From: Geosiphon pyriformis uo1
Lineage: Eukaryota; Fungi; Glomeromycota
Length of the DNA: 64,000 nucleotides
NCBI GenBank assembly: GCA_016748015.1
Contig: JAAOMT010000441.1
Location: 434,001-498,000, forward strand
Direction of reading: 5' to 3'
The notes beneath the pieces were generated by a model. It was not told the origin of the DNA. It worked only from the letters and a program-made list of their open reading frames with translations, and did no database searches. Below are positions 22,911-33,800 of the stretch, in pieces. A program made the position numbers and the translations under genes. Position 1 is the first letter of the stretch. Each line of letters opens with the position of its first letter.

Positions 22911-24295
22911 ATAAATTCGAAAAACTACAATGATCTCAAACAATATTTGGAAACATTAACAATCCCAACAGATTGGTCTTCAGAGGAAAAACATCGACTA
23001 CAACAACAAGCCAAACAATATTTTCTACACAACAACATTATTTATTACCGAAATTTCAAAAACTCAGACAAACCACTCAGATTAATACAAGAACAGGAAA
23101 AAGAAACTATATTATACAACATGCACTCAGATCCTTCATCAGCCCACTTCAGAAAAGACAGCACCACCCAAAGAACACTAGAATACTACTTTTGGCCTCA
23201 AATAAGAAAAGACATTCACGAATATGTCGAATCTTGTGATAGTTGTCAAAAAAGAGGAGGAACTTGCCCTACAGAACCTTTAAATCCAATCAAAGTTGAA
23301 CAGTCTTTTGACAGAGTTGGTATCGATTTAGTCAGACCACTACCTATCACAAACCAAGGAAACCACTACATTACAGTAGCCGTAGACTATCTCACCAAAT
23401 AGCCTGAAGCCAGAGCCATTCAATGGGCAGATGCAAAATCAGTAGCAAACTTCATCTACAAAGACATCATTGTAGACATAGATGCCCAATAGAACTTTTA
23501 TCTGATCAAGGAACACATTTCATGAACAATTTAATCTAGGAAATTTGTGGACAATTTAATGTCAAGAGACCATTATCTTCATTCTACCATCCACAAACAA
23601 ATGGACTGGTAGAATGGTTCAACAGAACATTGTGTGAATCATTAGCCAAAGTTTCAACTGATTTTGAGCAAGAATGGAATCTCTTTATTCCATCAGTGTT
23701 ACTAGCATATAGGACACTAAAACAAGATATCACAAAACACACACCATTTGATTTAACTTACGGAAGGACGGCAACATTACCAATTAGTTTCACAGTGGAA
23801 ACATACCCAGTACAACCAATCAATGAAAACAATTTCCAAGAAACGCTTCAACAAAGAGCCTACACTCTGCTTAGCACATTGGAAGAAAAACGACAAATAG
23901 CAGCCACTCATATTGAACACTCCCAAGCTCAACAAAAAGAATGGCATGATGACAAATTGCCTCCAGTCACCAATGAATTTAAAATTGGAAACAAAGTTCT
24001 CTTACATAGAACTAAAGCCGAAAAACAATAAAATGGAAAATTTGAAAATAAATGGGATGGACCATTCTTTATCCATGAAGTTTTAGGCAACAGATCATAT
24101 AAGCTAAGACTTGATGACAAAATTCTAGCAAAAGTTGCACATGGAGATCGTTTGAAACACTATAATTCCAGAAACAATTCTGAACTATTAATTCCACAAA
24201 TTGGTACACATTTCCCTTTAATCAATTCCAAAGACATTCCCCAAAATTTAGAACCAATAGTTGTCATTGAACAGCCTCACAACTTGAATACTTAA
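22911..24295 (+). pseudogene. Integrase ORF of copy 1 (HHCC, DDE, GPF module), separate from pol
   Basis: H-SDPSSA-H...CDSC, GIDLV, VDYLTK, SDQGTHF, YHPQTNGLVE, WDGPF. The start codon is decayed to ATA (ATG in copy 2). Confidence 0.9.
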
Positions 24296-24416
24296 TTTAA
24301 ATTTATTATTATAGTTATCTTCTTATAATTTAGAAACAATCTCACAAAAACAAAACAAAAATAACATAAAAACCCATGCACCAAAAATAATTTTCTTTTA
24401 TTTCAAATTGCTTATA

Positions 24417-25136
24417 ATGACTATTCCTCAAAACATTCAACAATTATCCCAAAAACTAATGTTGGTTTTAAAAACAATACCCAAATTATCCATTACTGTT
24501 ACTGAAAACCACATTAATTATACCCAAACAGAAGTAGTTACAAATTTAGCCCCAAATTCACAAAAATATCACCCGTATAAGAAGAACACAAGAAGTTATA
24601 CTGGAATTTACCTGCCAGAACTTTTAAAACTTGCTTTAAGAGAAAACCTAATGCTCACTTTGATTAGTATTCCACCAAATGCTACAATTCAACAAAGACT
24701 TCAACTGTGTTTCAATGAGGAAAATACTGAATATCCTTCAATCTATAGATATTTTCACATTGGAAAAACACTCTACAAATGGAAACTGGAACTTACAACA
24801 GCAAACCTCACAAAAAAAGCTATTCAGAAACAACTTCACAACAAATTCAAGACAACAGCTGAATCAACAAACAGTCGCTACAGGCTTAGAGCTGCTCTTA
24901 GACTTTATGACTTATTCCACACCTGTGAAAACATACTACAAAACCCAAATTTTCAACCTTTGAAGATTCAATACATTGGAAAGCTCACAGAACTGAAATT
25001 TCAACAATTTTCAGACCAAATTTCTTCAATAATTTTGGATTATTATCTGGAAATGACAAACAGTACTTGGACTTTGACAGAGCTCAGTCTTGAAGAGGAG
25101 GTTATGTTACCAGACAAAATTAGAGATATTATTTAG
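24417..25136 (+). CDS. Accessory ORF3 of Gypsy copy 1 (239 aa, unknown function)
   Basis: Intact ORF between integrase and the 3' LTR, ending 32 nt inside U3. Homologous frame in copy 2 (37743-38462). Confidence 0.8.
   Translation: MTIPQNIQQLSQKLMLVLKTIPKLSITVTENHINYTQTEVVTNLAPNSQKYHPYKKNTRSYTGIYLPELLKLALRENLMLTLISIPPNATIQQRLQLCFNEENTEYPSIYRYFHIGKTLYKWKLELTTANLTKKAIQKQLHNKFKTTAESTNSRYRLRAALRLYDLFHTCENILQNPNFQPLKIQYIGKLTELKFQQFSDQISSIILDYYLEMTNSTWTLTELSLEEEVMLPDKIRDII
25092..25101 (+). promoter_or_regulatory. Polypurine tract
   Basis: GAAGAGGAGG three bases before the 3' LTR; GAGAAGGAAG in copy 2. Confidence 0.7.
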
Positions 25137-26081
25137 CATAAAATTATCTTATAATTCCTATTATTAATTAGCATATATTATCATTTCAAATTATCACTTA
25201 TTACATTAGCAAAAATGTCCGAAATTATCATTTAATTAATAACCCAAATTGTACATAACACAAATGTAACCTAATTGTGATGATCAATCATGCAATACCC
25301 CGAACTATGTAACATTCAAAAGTTTGCCAAAATTTATAGAAATTTGCTGAAATAATTGATAGTTCACTGAAATATCTAATAGTTCACAGAAATAACTTGT
25401 AGTTCGCCAAAATTTATCTTTAGTTCAGCAAAATTGTAAAAAATAACAAAATTCAAGTTCATAGAATAGTGTTACGACAAGTTGTATAAAAGAAGAGCTT
25501 TTCTCTTCGAAAAAATGTATCTTACTTTAGATTTAACAATTAGAATTATCCTTTACACACAAAACGAAATAAATATCAAATAATTTGAAAAATCAAATCC
25601 TGAATCATTTCACTTTTGAAATTAACTAATTCCTACAAAACAGTTTGAAATTGATTAGCTACCAATTTCAGTAAACTGTTAGTGACTCCAGGCCTGAATA
25701 GAAAATATTTTTCTTAACAAAATTCTATTTCTTTTACATTTCTTTTATTTTTCTTTTCTTTTCTTTTTATAATCATTAGGGTAGCCTACAGACAAGATTT
25801 TTGTAGAAGAGTTGACTTTTACAGCAAAGTAGCTATACATTTTAGTGAGCTTCCAGATGAGCAATTTCTGGGAAAGAGTTGACGTTTACTACAACATAAC
25901 TATATAAAGTAACTGGCATGGAATTGGCCATTCCACTTATAAGCCCAACAGTTCAAATTATAGGAGATAATTTGAAGATAAATTTAGTGATTGGAGGTTC
26001 AACCACATCCAGAAAACAGGAATTTACAGCAAACAAGCATCAACAACATTTAAGAAAAGAGACCAAAAACCTCTGGTAACA
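25105..26081 (+). repeat. 3' LTR of copy 1 (977 bp)
   Basis: TGTTACCAGA...TCTGGTAACA; direct repeat of the 5' LTR. Confidence 0.97.
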
Positions 26082-26809
26082 CTGTTCAAACAAGCATTCA
26101 GAAGACCATCCAGCCCAATAGACATCAAGACAGCCAAGTGATCTGTGTCAAAAAATTCTGAGACAAAACCAACATCATGATTTACAACAGCTGAAATCAA
26201 AGAGTCACTAACTAGAATATAGTCCAAAACCTTGCTAATGCCTCTTGAATTGCTCCAAGTAGGAATCCTAGCTAGAGAATGGCCACCAAAAACATTAACT
26301 AGACCCAAACCTAAGCATTTTCTAAGACTCACCCTCTTGACTGAATTGTCTTTATTAAAGTCCCCACCCAAAACAACAAAAATACTTTTGTTAACAGTAT
26401 CAGCAATGAATGAATTGATAACAAAAGCCTGAGCAAAATGGTCACCACCAGACACACAAGCATAAAGCCCAATGATAGACACAGAGAGCTTGTTCTTAAA
26501 CAAAAGACAAATTGAAAGAACTTTGCCCTTTACCTCCTCAACTTTGAAAACATGACAAGCCAGAGAATCATTCACAAAAATGGCCACACCAGCCCCACAA
26601 AACCCAACATCCAGACCAAACATAAAAACCCAAACACTCTCAAATTTTTTCATAATCCAAGGTTGTGAACTGGAACACAACTTGGTTTCTGTAACAATCA
26701 AGATTGAACTACCAGATTCCTTATACCAATGAAAAATGTTCTTCTGTTTTGCAGGATTGTTCATTCCCCTAATATTACACATGGCAATTTTCCAAATAAA
26801 ACTGGTCAT
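26082..26809 (-). pseudogene. LINE ORF2 5' part (APE endonuclease)
   Basis: MTSFIWKIAMCNIRGMN...VTETKL...GAGVAIFV...VLGGDFN...TWSNSRG..KVLDYILVS...FDTDH. Confidence 0.92.
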
Positions 26810-28633
26810 TGTGACAAAGAGATAACCAAAGAACCTGAGCCAGCACACAACTGATCCAACTTAGCCAAAATCAAACCAACAGAGATGTTGAGGGCAACCA
26901 ACTTCAACTCTAGACCACCAACTTTGGAAGTCAAGACTTTGGAACTACTCAGACCCAAGAGCAGATCAGTAACACCCAGAGAGAAAGAAGTAGGCTGAAC
27001 AAAAAGATCATCAACTGCCATGTCAAAATCCAAGTCGGAGTTTGTAACCACAAGAAAAACAGAGGTTGGAGACTGAGAAACAACCACAGAAGGAACCATT
27101 TGAGAGGAGGGTGCCAAGAGTGCCAAACCAATATTGTCAAGACGAGAAAGAATGTTCAAAATTTGATCAGACAGAAGCCCTACAGAGCATTCTAAAAGCG
27201 CTAAGCGAACACTCAAAGGAGAATTGACCACAGATATAGAGGGAGGTGCCTCACCTGAACTTAAAGTACTGGAAGGCGGGGAACCGGAACCAGAACCAGC
27301 ATGAAAACCATGAGAGACTAAAGCAACTGAGACCACTTGAGCCCAAGATTTGCCACCAAAGGCAACAGGACGAGAGATTAGTACATTTTTCTTTACATAC
27401 AATTTGGCCAGCTGGAAATAAGTATCTAGGTTGGCAGGTCTTATAAAAAACTTTGAAGATTTAAGAGCTGATGCAACCTCAGCATCACATTTCAAGGCAG
27501 AATGACCGAACTTCCCACACTATTCACAGTAAACCAAATTCAGCCTAGCCCATGAGAGTTTTACACCACCAAAAATTGGCTCCGTACGAAAAGCTAACTC
27601 CAAAACCTCATCAGAATCAAAACAAACAACAGCACAGCAGACCCTATTACCAGTCTCTAATAACCAATTTATGACACAAGTCTTTTCACCAGCCCCTTCA
27701 AGAAGATCCCCAAAATCATGAGCAGTAGTTCCTACTGGCAAAATAAACAAAAGCGCCCTGAACTGATTTCTAGATGCCCAAGTTTCATGATAGCCCACCG
27801 CCATAGCCACACGAACCAAATCTTTACCAATCAGGAAGGACCACCTAGCAGCCAAAAACACAGCCTGTTCCAGTTCAGCAAATTCCACCACAGCCTTTTG
27901 CCATAAACCAATTAACTGGATTTTAATCGACTTAATTTTTCCAAACTCGGATACTGTGGCGATAATCATTTCCTTGATTACTACGGCCTGATCTGAGTAA
28001 ATTCTTTGTCTTTTAAGATCACTGTTTACTATGATGTTATTTTCTCTGGCCAATAACACGGCCTTTTCCATGCTTTCTGACAAAGTAAACATTGATTTGA
28101 TGATCCCTTCAAATTTTAAGGAAGTAGTGGCCCCCCCAAAACCATTGATTTCTGAAAATAATTTCCTTATGACCTAAGTTTTAGCTGTTGCCGATTTCCC
28201 TTCTACAGCCAAAAGATTGATATTCAAAGCAAAAGATTTCTTCACAGCTACTTCCACCAGAGTTTTAACAATTTTGGGGTCCACTCACATCTTTTCTAAA
28301 GAGAAAGACAAATGGAAAGAAAGAGAAACTTCCTTCTCATCATCTATGTCATAATTAATAGAGCCAAAAAGGGAACTGATAGCCACACCAGTATTAAAAC
28401 ACTTTGCATTAGGTGTATTCATTTGGGAGTCAGAAGTGGCTCTACTATCAAAGTCTTCTCCATCCGTATCCATGCTAGTAAGTTGCCCATTCACACTAAC
28501 AGGCCCACTATCTTTAAGATTCTTATCCGCACTTGAAAGTTTAAGGCTTTTTGACTTTTTGAGTTAAACCACCACCAATTGAACTAGTGGTCAAGACTCT
28601 GGCAGACCTTCTCTTAGCACTAGGACCACTCAT
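26806..28633 (-). pseudogene. LINE ORF1 (RRM-like folds, degenerate CCHC knuckle, C-terminal coiled coil)
   Basis: Homologous to ORF1 at 60947-62917 (FGKIKSIKIQLIGLWQKAVVEF, LPVGTTAHD, FGGKSWAQV, SSSKVLTSKVGGLE). Confidence 0.88.
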
Positions 28634-29199
28634 AGTGGTAGCTGGTCTAACAACAAAAGGGTTTGATTCTTGTGAAATAGTGGAAGACAGTATGCAAAAA
28701 CAGAAAAAAACTTCTTTCAAAATTTGACTTTTTTTCAGAAATTTGGAATGAAGGAAAGAAAAAAGTTTTTTCTTTAATTTTATTATAAAAATTTAGTTTT
28801 ATTTTTTTATTTTTAAAGTAAACTTTTTAACTTGATTTTAATATAAAGTTTTTATTTTAAAAAAATATATAAAAATTTTTACTAATATAAAATTAATATA
28901 TATAATAAATAATTTATAAATTTTTTAGTTAGTATTAACTTTTGGCTTTATATATATAAAAAATAACAATAAAGCGAATATAAATACAAAATTTGTAAAC
29001 AATATTATAAAAAATTGTTTATTAAAAAAAATATTAATATATTAATTAAAATAATATAAACAATAAAACAAAAAAAATTGATCTACTATGATGTATATTA
29101 TCTTAACTTACACATTTTTTACAAAAGTGCCAATTTTTTTTAAGCTGTTTTATATAATCTAATAAAGTAATTTACAAGTAATATGTAGACATATATACA

Positions 29200-29828
29200 C
29201 ATATACAGCAATATTCTATTTGGTCAAAATTTGTTTTATAATATTCACTAAATATAGACATATACTAATATTATATCAATATTTACTTTTTATTTAAAGA
29301 TATTATAATTTGTTTAACTAATAGCTAATATATACATATATACATATATACACATATATACAGTTTAAGATATTGCTAATATTAATGATATTTTAAGTAA
29401 CAAATGATTATTATTTGGCCAAAATTTGTTCTATAATATCTGCTAAATATAAGCATGTACTAATATTATATTAATGTCTACTTTTTATTCAAAAATATTA
29501 TAATTTGTTTATCTAATAGCAAGAATACATACATATATATATACAGTTAAAGGTACTGCTGATATTAATAATATTTTAAATAACAAGTGGTTGTTGTTTG
29601 GTTAAAAGTTATTATATTATATTAATCAAACATAGATATATACTAATATTATATTAATGCATACATTTTATTCAAAAATATTATAACTTGTTTATCTAAT
29701 AGCAAGAATATACACACACATATATATATAGCCAAAAATGCTATTAATATTAGTAATATTTTAAATAACAAGTAGTTGCTATTTGGCTAAAATTTGTTAT
29801 ATTGTATTAATCAGATATAAGTATATGC
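29200..29828. repeat. Degenerate ~185-195 bp tandem repeat (about 4 units, continues at 39413-39472)
   Basis: Landmark TTTGGYYAAAA recurs at ~29219, 29414, 29597 and 29782. The last unit is split by the Gypsy insertion. Confidence 0.8.
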
Positions 29829-30810
29829 TGTTACCAGACAAAATTAGAGATATTATTTAGCATAAAATTATCTTATAATTCCTATCATTAATTAGCATAT
29901 ATTATCATTTCAAATGATCACTTATTATATTAGCAAAAATGTCTGAAATTATCATTTAATTAATAACCCAAATTGTATACAACACAAATATAACCTAATT
30001 GCGATGATCAATCATGCAATACCCCAAACTATGTAACATTCAAAAGTTTGCCGAAATTTATAGAAATTCACCGAAATAATTGATAGTTCACCGAAATATC
30101 TAATAGTTTGCAGAAATAACTTGTAGTTTGCCAAAATGTATCTTCAGTTCAGCAAAATTGTAGAAAATAGCAAAGTTCAAGTTTATAGAATAGTGTTATA
30201 ACAAGTTGTATAAAAGAAGAGCTTCTCTCTTCGAGAAAATGTATCTTACTTTAGATTTATCTCTTAAAACCGTTCTTATACACACAAAAAAAAATAAATA
30301 TCAAATAATTCGAAAAACCAAATTCTTTAATTATTGTACTTGGAAAATCCCCAAAACCCAACTAACATTTCGAAATTGATTAGCTACCAATTTCAGTAAA
30401 CTGTTAGTGACTCCAGGCCTAGATAGAAAACGTTTTCCTTGATAAAATCCTATTTCTTTTACACTTCTTTTATTTTTCTTTTCTTTTCTTATTACAATCA
30501 TTAGGGTAGCCTACAGATGAGATTCCTGTAGAAGAGTTGACTTTCACAGCAAAGTAACTACACATTTTTAGTGAGCTTCCAGATGAGCAATTCCTGGGAA
30601 AGAGTTGACATTTACTACAACATAACTACATAAAGTAACTGGCAAGGAATTGGCCATTCCACACATAAGCCCAGCAAATTCAAATTATAGGAGATAATTT
30701 GAAGATAAATTCAGTTACTGGAAGTTCAACCACATCCAAAAAACGTGAATTCACAGTAAATAAGTATTAACAACATTACAGAAAAGAGACCAAAAAAACC
30801 TCTGATAATA
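29829..30810 (+). repeat. 5' LTR of copy 2
   Basis: Direct repeat of 38431-39412, followed by the PBS TTTGGTGCTC. Confidence 0.96.
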
Positions 30811-30857
30811 TTTGGTGCTCTTCTACAGAAACAACACAGCAAAAAAACAACTTCAAA

Positions 30858-33800
30858 GTGGTGATCACACCAGACACAACAACTTTAGTGTATTACCAAT
30901 CAATTTACACCCACTGCAAGCAAAGATTCAACATTCCAGACAGAATTGAAGTTGTCAAGAAATCAGTATACCAATACATTGAAAACCACATTAACAATTA
31001 TCTTTTTGGAAATTACAATATCTCAGAAGTTAGAAGCAACCTTTACAATAATTTAGCACACTATTTACAGTTGGGAACTAAAGACCTTAATAGTGAAACA
31101 CTTGCCACTTACTTTCACAAACTTAAGTTTAACATTATCAAATACTGTGAAGAAACATATCCAATGCAGTCTCAATACACTATTGATTTTGAATCAGAAA
31201 CAGAAACAAGCAACAAAGGCAAAAACAAATTAAAGCAATATTCAAGAACCACCCCAAATACTTCAACACTACCAAAAACAACTGCCAAACATTTACAAAC
31301 ACCTGAACAAGGAACCAGCTCAAAACTTCTACTTACTATTACATCTTTTCCAGCTTCACTTGCACAAACACAAACACCTAATTCACTCTTAAATCGATTT
31401 GCAAGACCAGAAGATTTTACATCACTCAGAAGTCCCACCAGACAACAAGAATCCCTTCAAACTAGTTTCAATCTCCTTGATTTTCTAGCTGAAAATCAAA
31501 GTGAACACTCTGAGACAGCAGCAAATGAAGAAAACAACTCTGAAATAACTGAAGAAGAATCAATAAACAGTGAAAATGAAGAAGACGAAATGACAACATA
31601 CATCGTAAAAATTCCTGAATTCAATGGAGAAGATATTGAGACCAGTCCCCAAGAATGGCTCAACCAAGTTACTAAAGCTGGAGATGCAAATGGATGGAAT
31701 GCTGCCAGAATGTTAAGAACAATACCCTACTTTTTTAAAGGAACAGCAAGAAAATGGTTTGAAAATCTTGCTGCCCCATTCAATGATTGGAATGCTTTCA
31801 AAGCAGTCTTCCTTGAACAGTTCATTGACAATAATACTTCCATCACTTTTCGCAATCATTTTCGAAATATCAAACAAGAACCCTCCGAATCTGTTATGAC
31901 TTATATTGGAAAATTCAACAAACTTCTCAGATGGATTCGCCAACTCGAGACAAACAATTATTATTCTGATGCTCAAATTTTGGATCAATTTATCACTGAT
32001 CTAAAAGATAAACTAATTAAAAAGGTTCGCCCACACGCGCCAAAAGATTTAAACTCTGCCATACAGCATGCAAAAAGATATGAAATGGCCATGAAAAAAG
32101 CCAATCGTACAAAACTTGTAAATTTGGCAATTGGAGAAACCAGCTCAGCAGCTGAGAAAAAAATTGACCAACTCACAAAGAAGGTCGAAAACTATTTTAC
32201 CAACCAACAACAACAACAACCCCAAAGATATCAACCACCCCAAAGACAAAATCAAAATAACTTTGCACCACTTTCCAATAACCAGCCCCAGAATTGCCAT
32301 TACTGTGAAATCTCTGGCCACTGGAAAAGAGATTGCAGAAAGCTGCAATGAAACCAACAAAATAGAGATAATCAATATTACTCTCCACCACAGCAATCTT
32401 ATTATCAATCATTACCACCAGCTTACTATTCACCAAGACCCCAATACCAAAATAACTATTATCAGCCCATCCCACAACCAATCCAACAGCAATACCAATA
32501 ACCACCCACTCAACATTATCAAGTACCTACTCGAAGACTGATTACACAAAATCAATTTACACCACAAAACTGATACCAAGTAAACAACAGTAGAATCAGT
32601 TTGAACAACCAATTAGTTCCCCGAAATACCACTTAAACAAGACCCAACCATTACTACACTCAACCCAGTTATTTAACAATGCTGGAAAAACAGGATTTTC
32701 ACCATACTGCACTCTCGGAAGGTAGAGCTGCAGCACAACAACAATGAAACCTTTCTCATAACCACACCACTATTCTACCAGCCTGAATTGCTGAAAATGC
32801 CAATCTCTCTAATATCTTTTCTTTTGAATTTGAAGCAAATGAATCACCATTCTTGCTTAGCAATGCAGCGGCTAATGAGCAAAAAGTCATCACTGCAATG
32901 TACACAGAAGCTGAAATAAAAGAAAAGCCAATTCGCTTGATTCTAGACAGTGGATCTGCTGGAAGCATTATTACCTACCAGTTAATGCAACAGTTGAAAA
33001 AAAATGTTGACTGACCAGCTCAAACAGTAATTGTCACTGCCGATGGCATGAAAAAGACCCCAGTAGGAGAAATTGACAATTTTCTATTTACTTTTGATGG
33101 AATCACCATTCCAGTCAAAGTTCTTGTAATGAACACACTCCAGTACCAAGCTCTTGTCGGAAATGATTGGCTTCAAAAAGCCAATGCTAATCTGAATTGG
33201 GAAACACAAGAGTTAACAATCTCCTACCAAGGACAACACGCCTGGGTATCTGCCATTTGTGGTACATTCAACAAACGCTCTAAAAAAGCCCCAGCTTTTG
33301 AATTTGAACCAGAAAAAGAAAAACCAATAATCGAAACATTCATGGCTCTTGGATCAACGTCCAACTGGGCCGATGAAACAGAACAAGAATATTTTACCCC
33401 ACACACTAAACCTGAAACCTCTGGATGGAATATACCTTACTCAAAACCCAAACCAAGGAAACAACGCCCCTATATTCCCCTTAAATGTAAGGACTGTCAC
33501 AAAAAACTATCATCAATGGGAGCCTGCATTTTGCCTGAAGAAGAATATGAGAATCATATTTGTTATTACTGCAAGGCTTGCCACAGAGAGCGATGGGGCC
33601 ATCTAATAAAAAGGAGCGGAAAATGGGACAACACCCTTTGTTTGACTTGTGAAGATATGCTACCAGAAGAATGCAATTGGATTAATGTAGCAATGAGAGG
33701 AGGCGTCTGTGATCAGACTTGCCAATATGCTTTATCAATTTCAGAAAAAGTAAAAAGAGGAACACCCTTTAATATAGCATATAATAGTGCTCTCAACAAA

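Larger units (their letters stand above)
15876..26081 (+). mobile_element. Ty3/Gypsy LTR retrotransposon copy 1 (dUTPase-containing), full length, decayed
   Basis: LTRs 15876-16872 and 25105-26081; TSD CTGT (15872-15875 / 26082-26085); order gag-PR-(Cys-rich)-dUTPase-RT-RH-IN-ORF3. Removing the element and one TSD restores the LINE frame LNACLNS-ICKHANKDHWKF. Confidence 0.97.
11775..28770 (-). mobile_element. Non-LTR retrotransposon (LINE; ORF1 + APE-RT-RNase H-Zn ORF2), decayed, interrupted by Gypsy copy 1
   Basis: ORF1 26806-28633. ORF2 has APE (CNIRG, VTETKL, GGDFN, LDYILVS, TDH), RT (RPIALIE, KAYDSV, FSPLLW, AFV[N]DT, YRYLG), RNase H (IYTD, AELQA, TDSQ, KVKSHAG..N..AD) and a C-terminal CxxC..H..C. 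(TAAA)n tail at 11775-11800. The 5' border is approximate. Confidence 0.92.

Noticed and set aside
24417-25136. ORF3 as an env gene
   Set aside because: No signal peptide, transmembrane helix or fusion-protein features.
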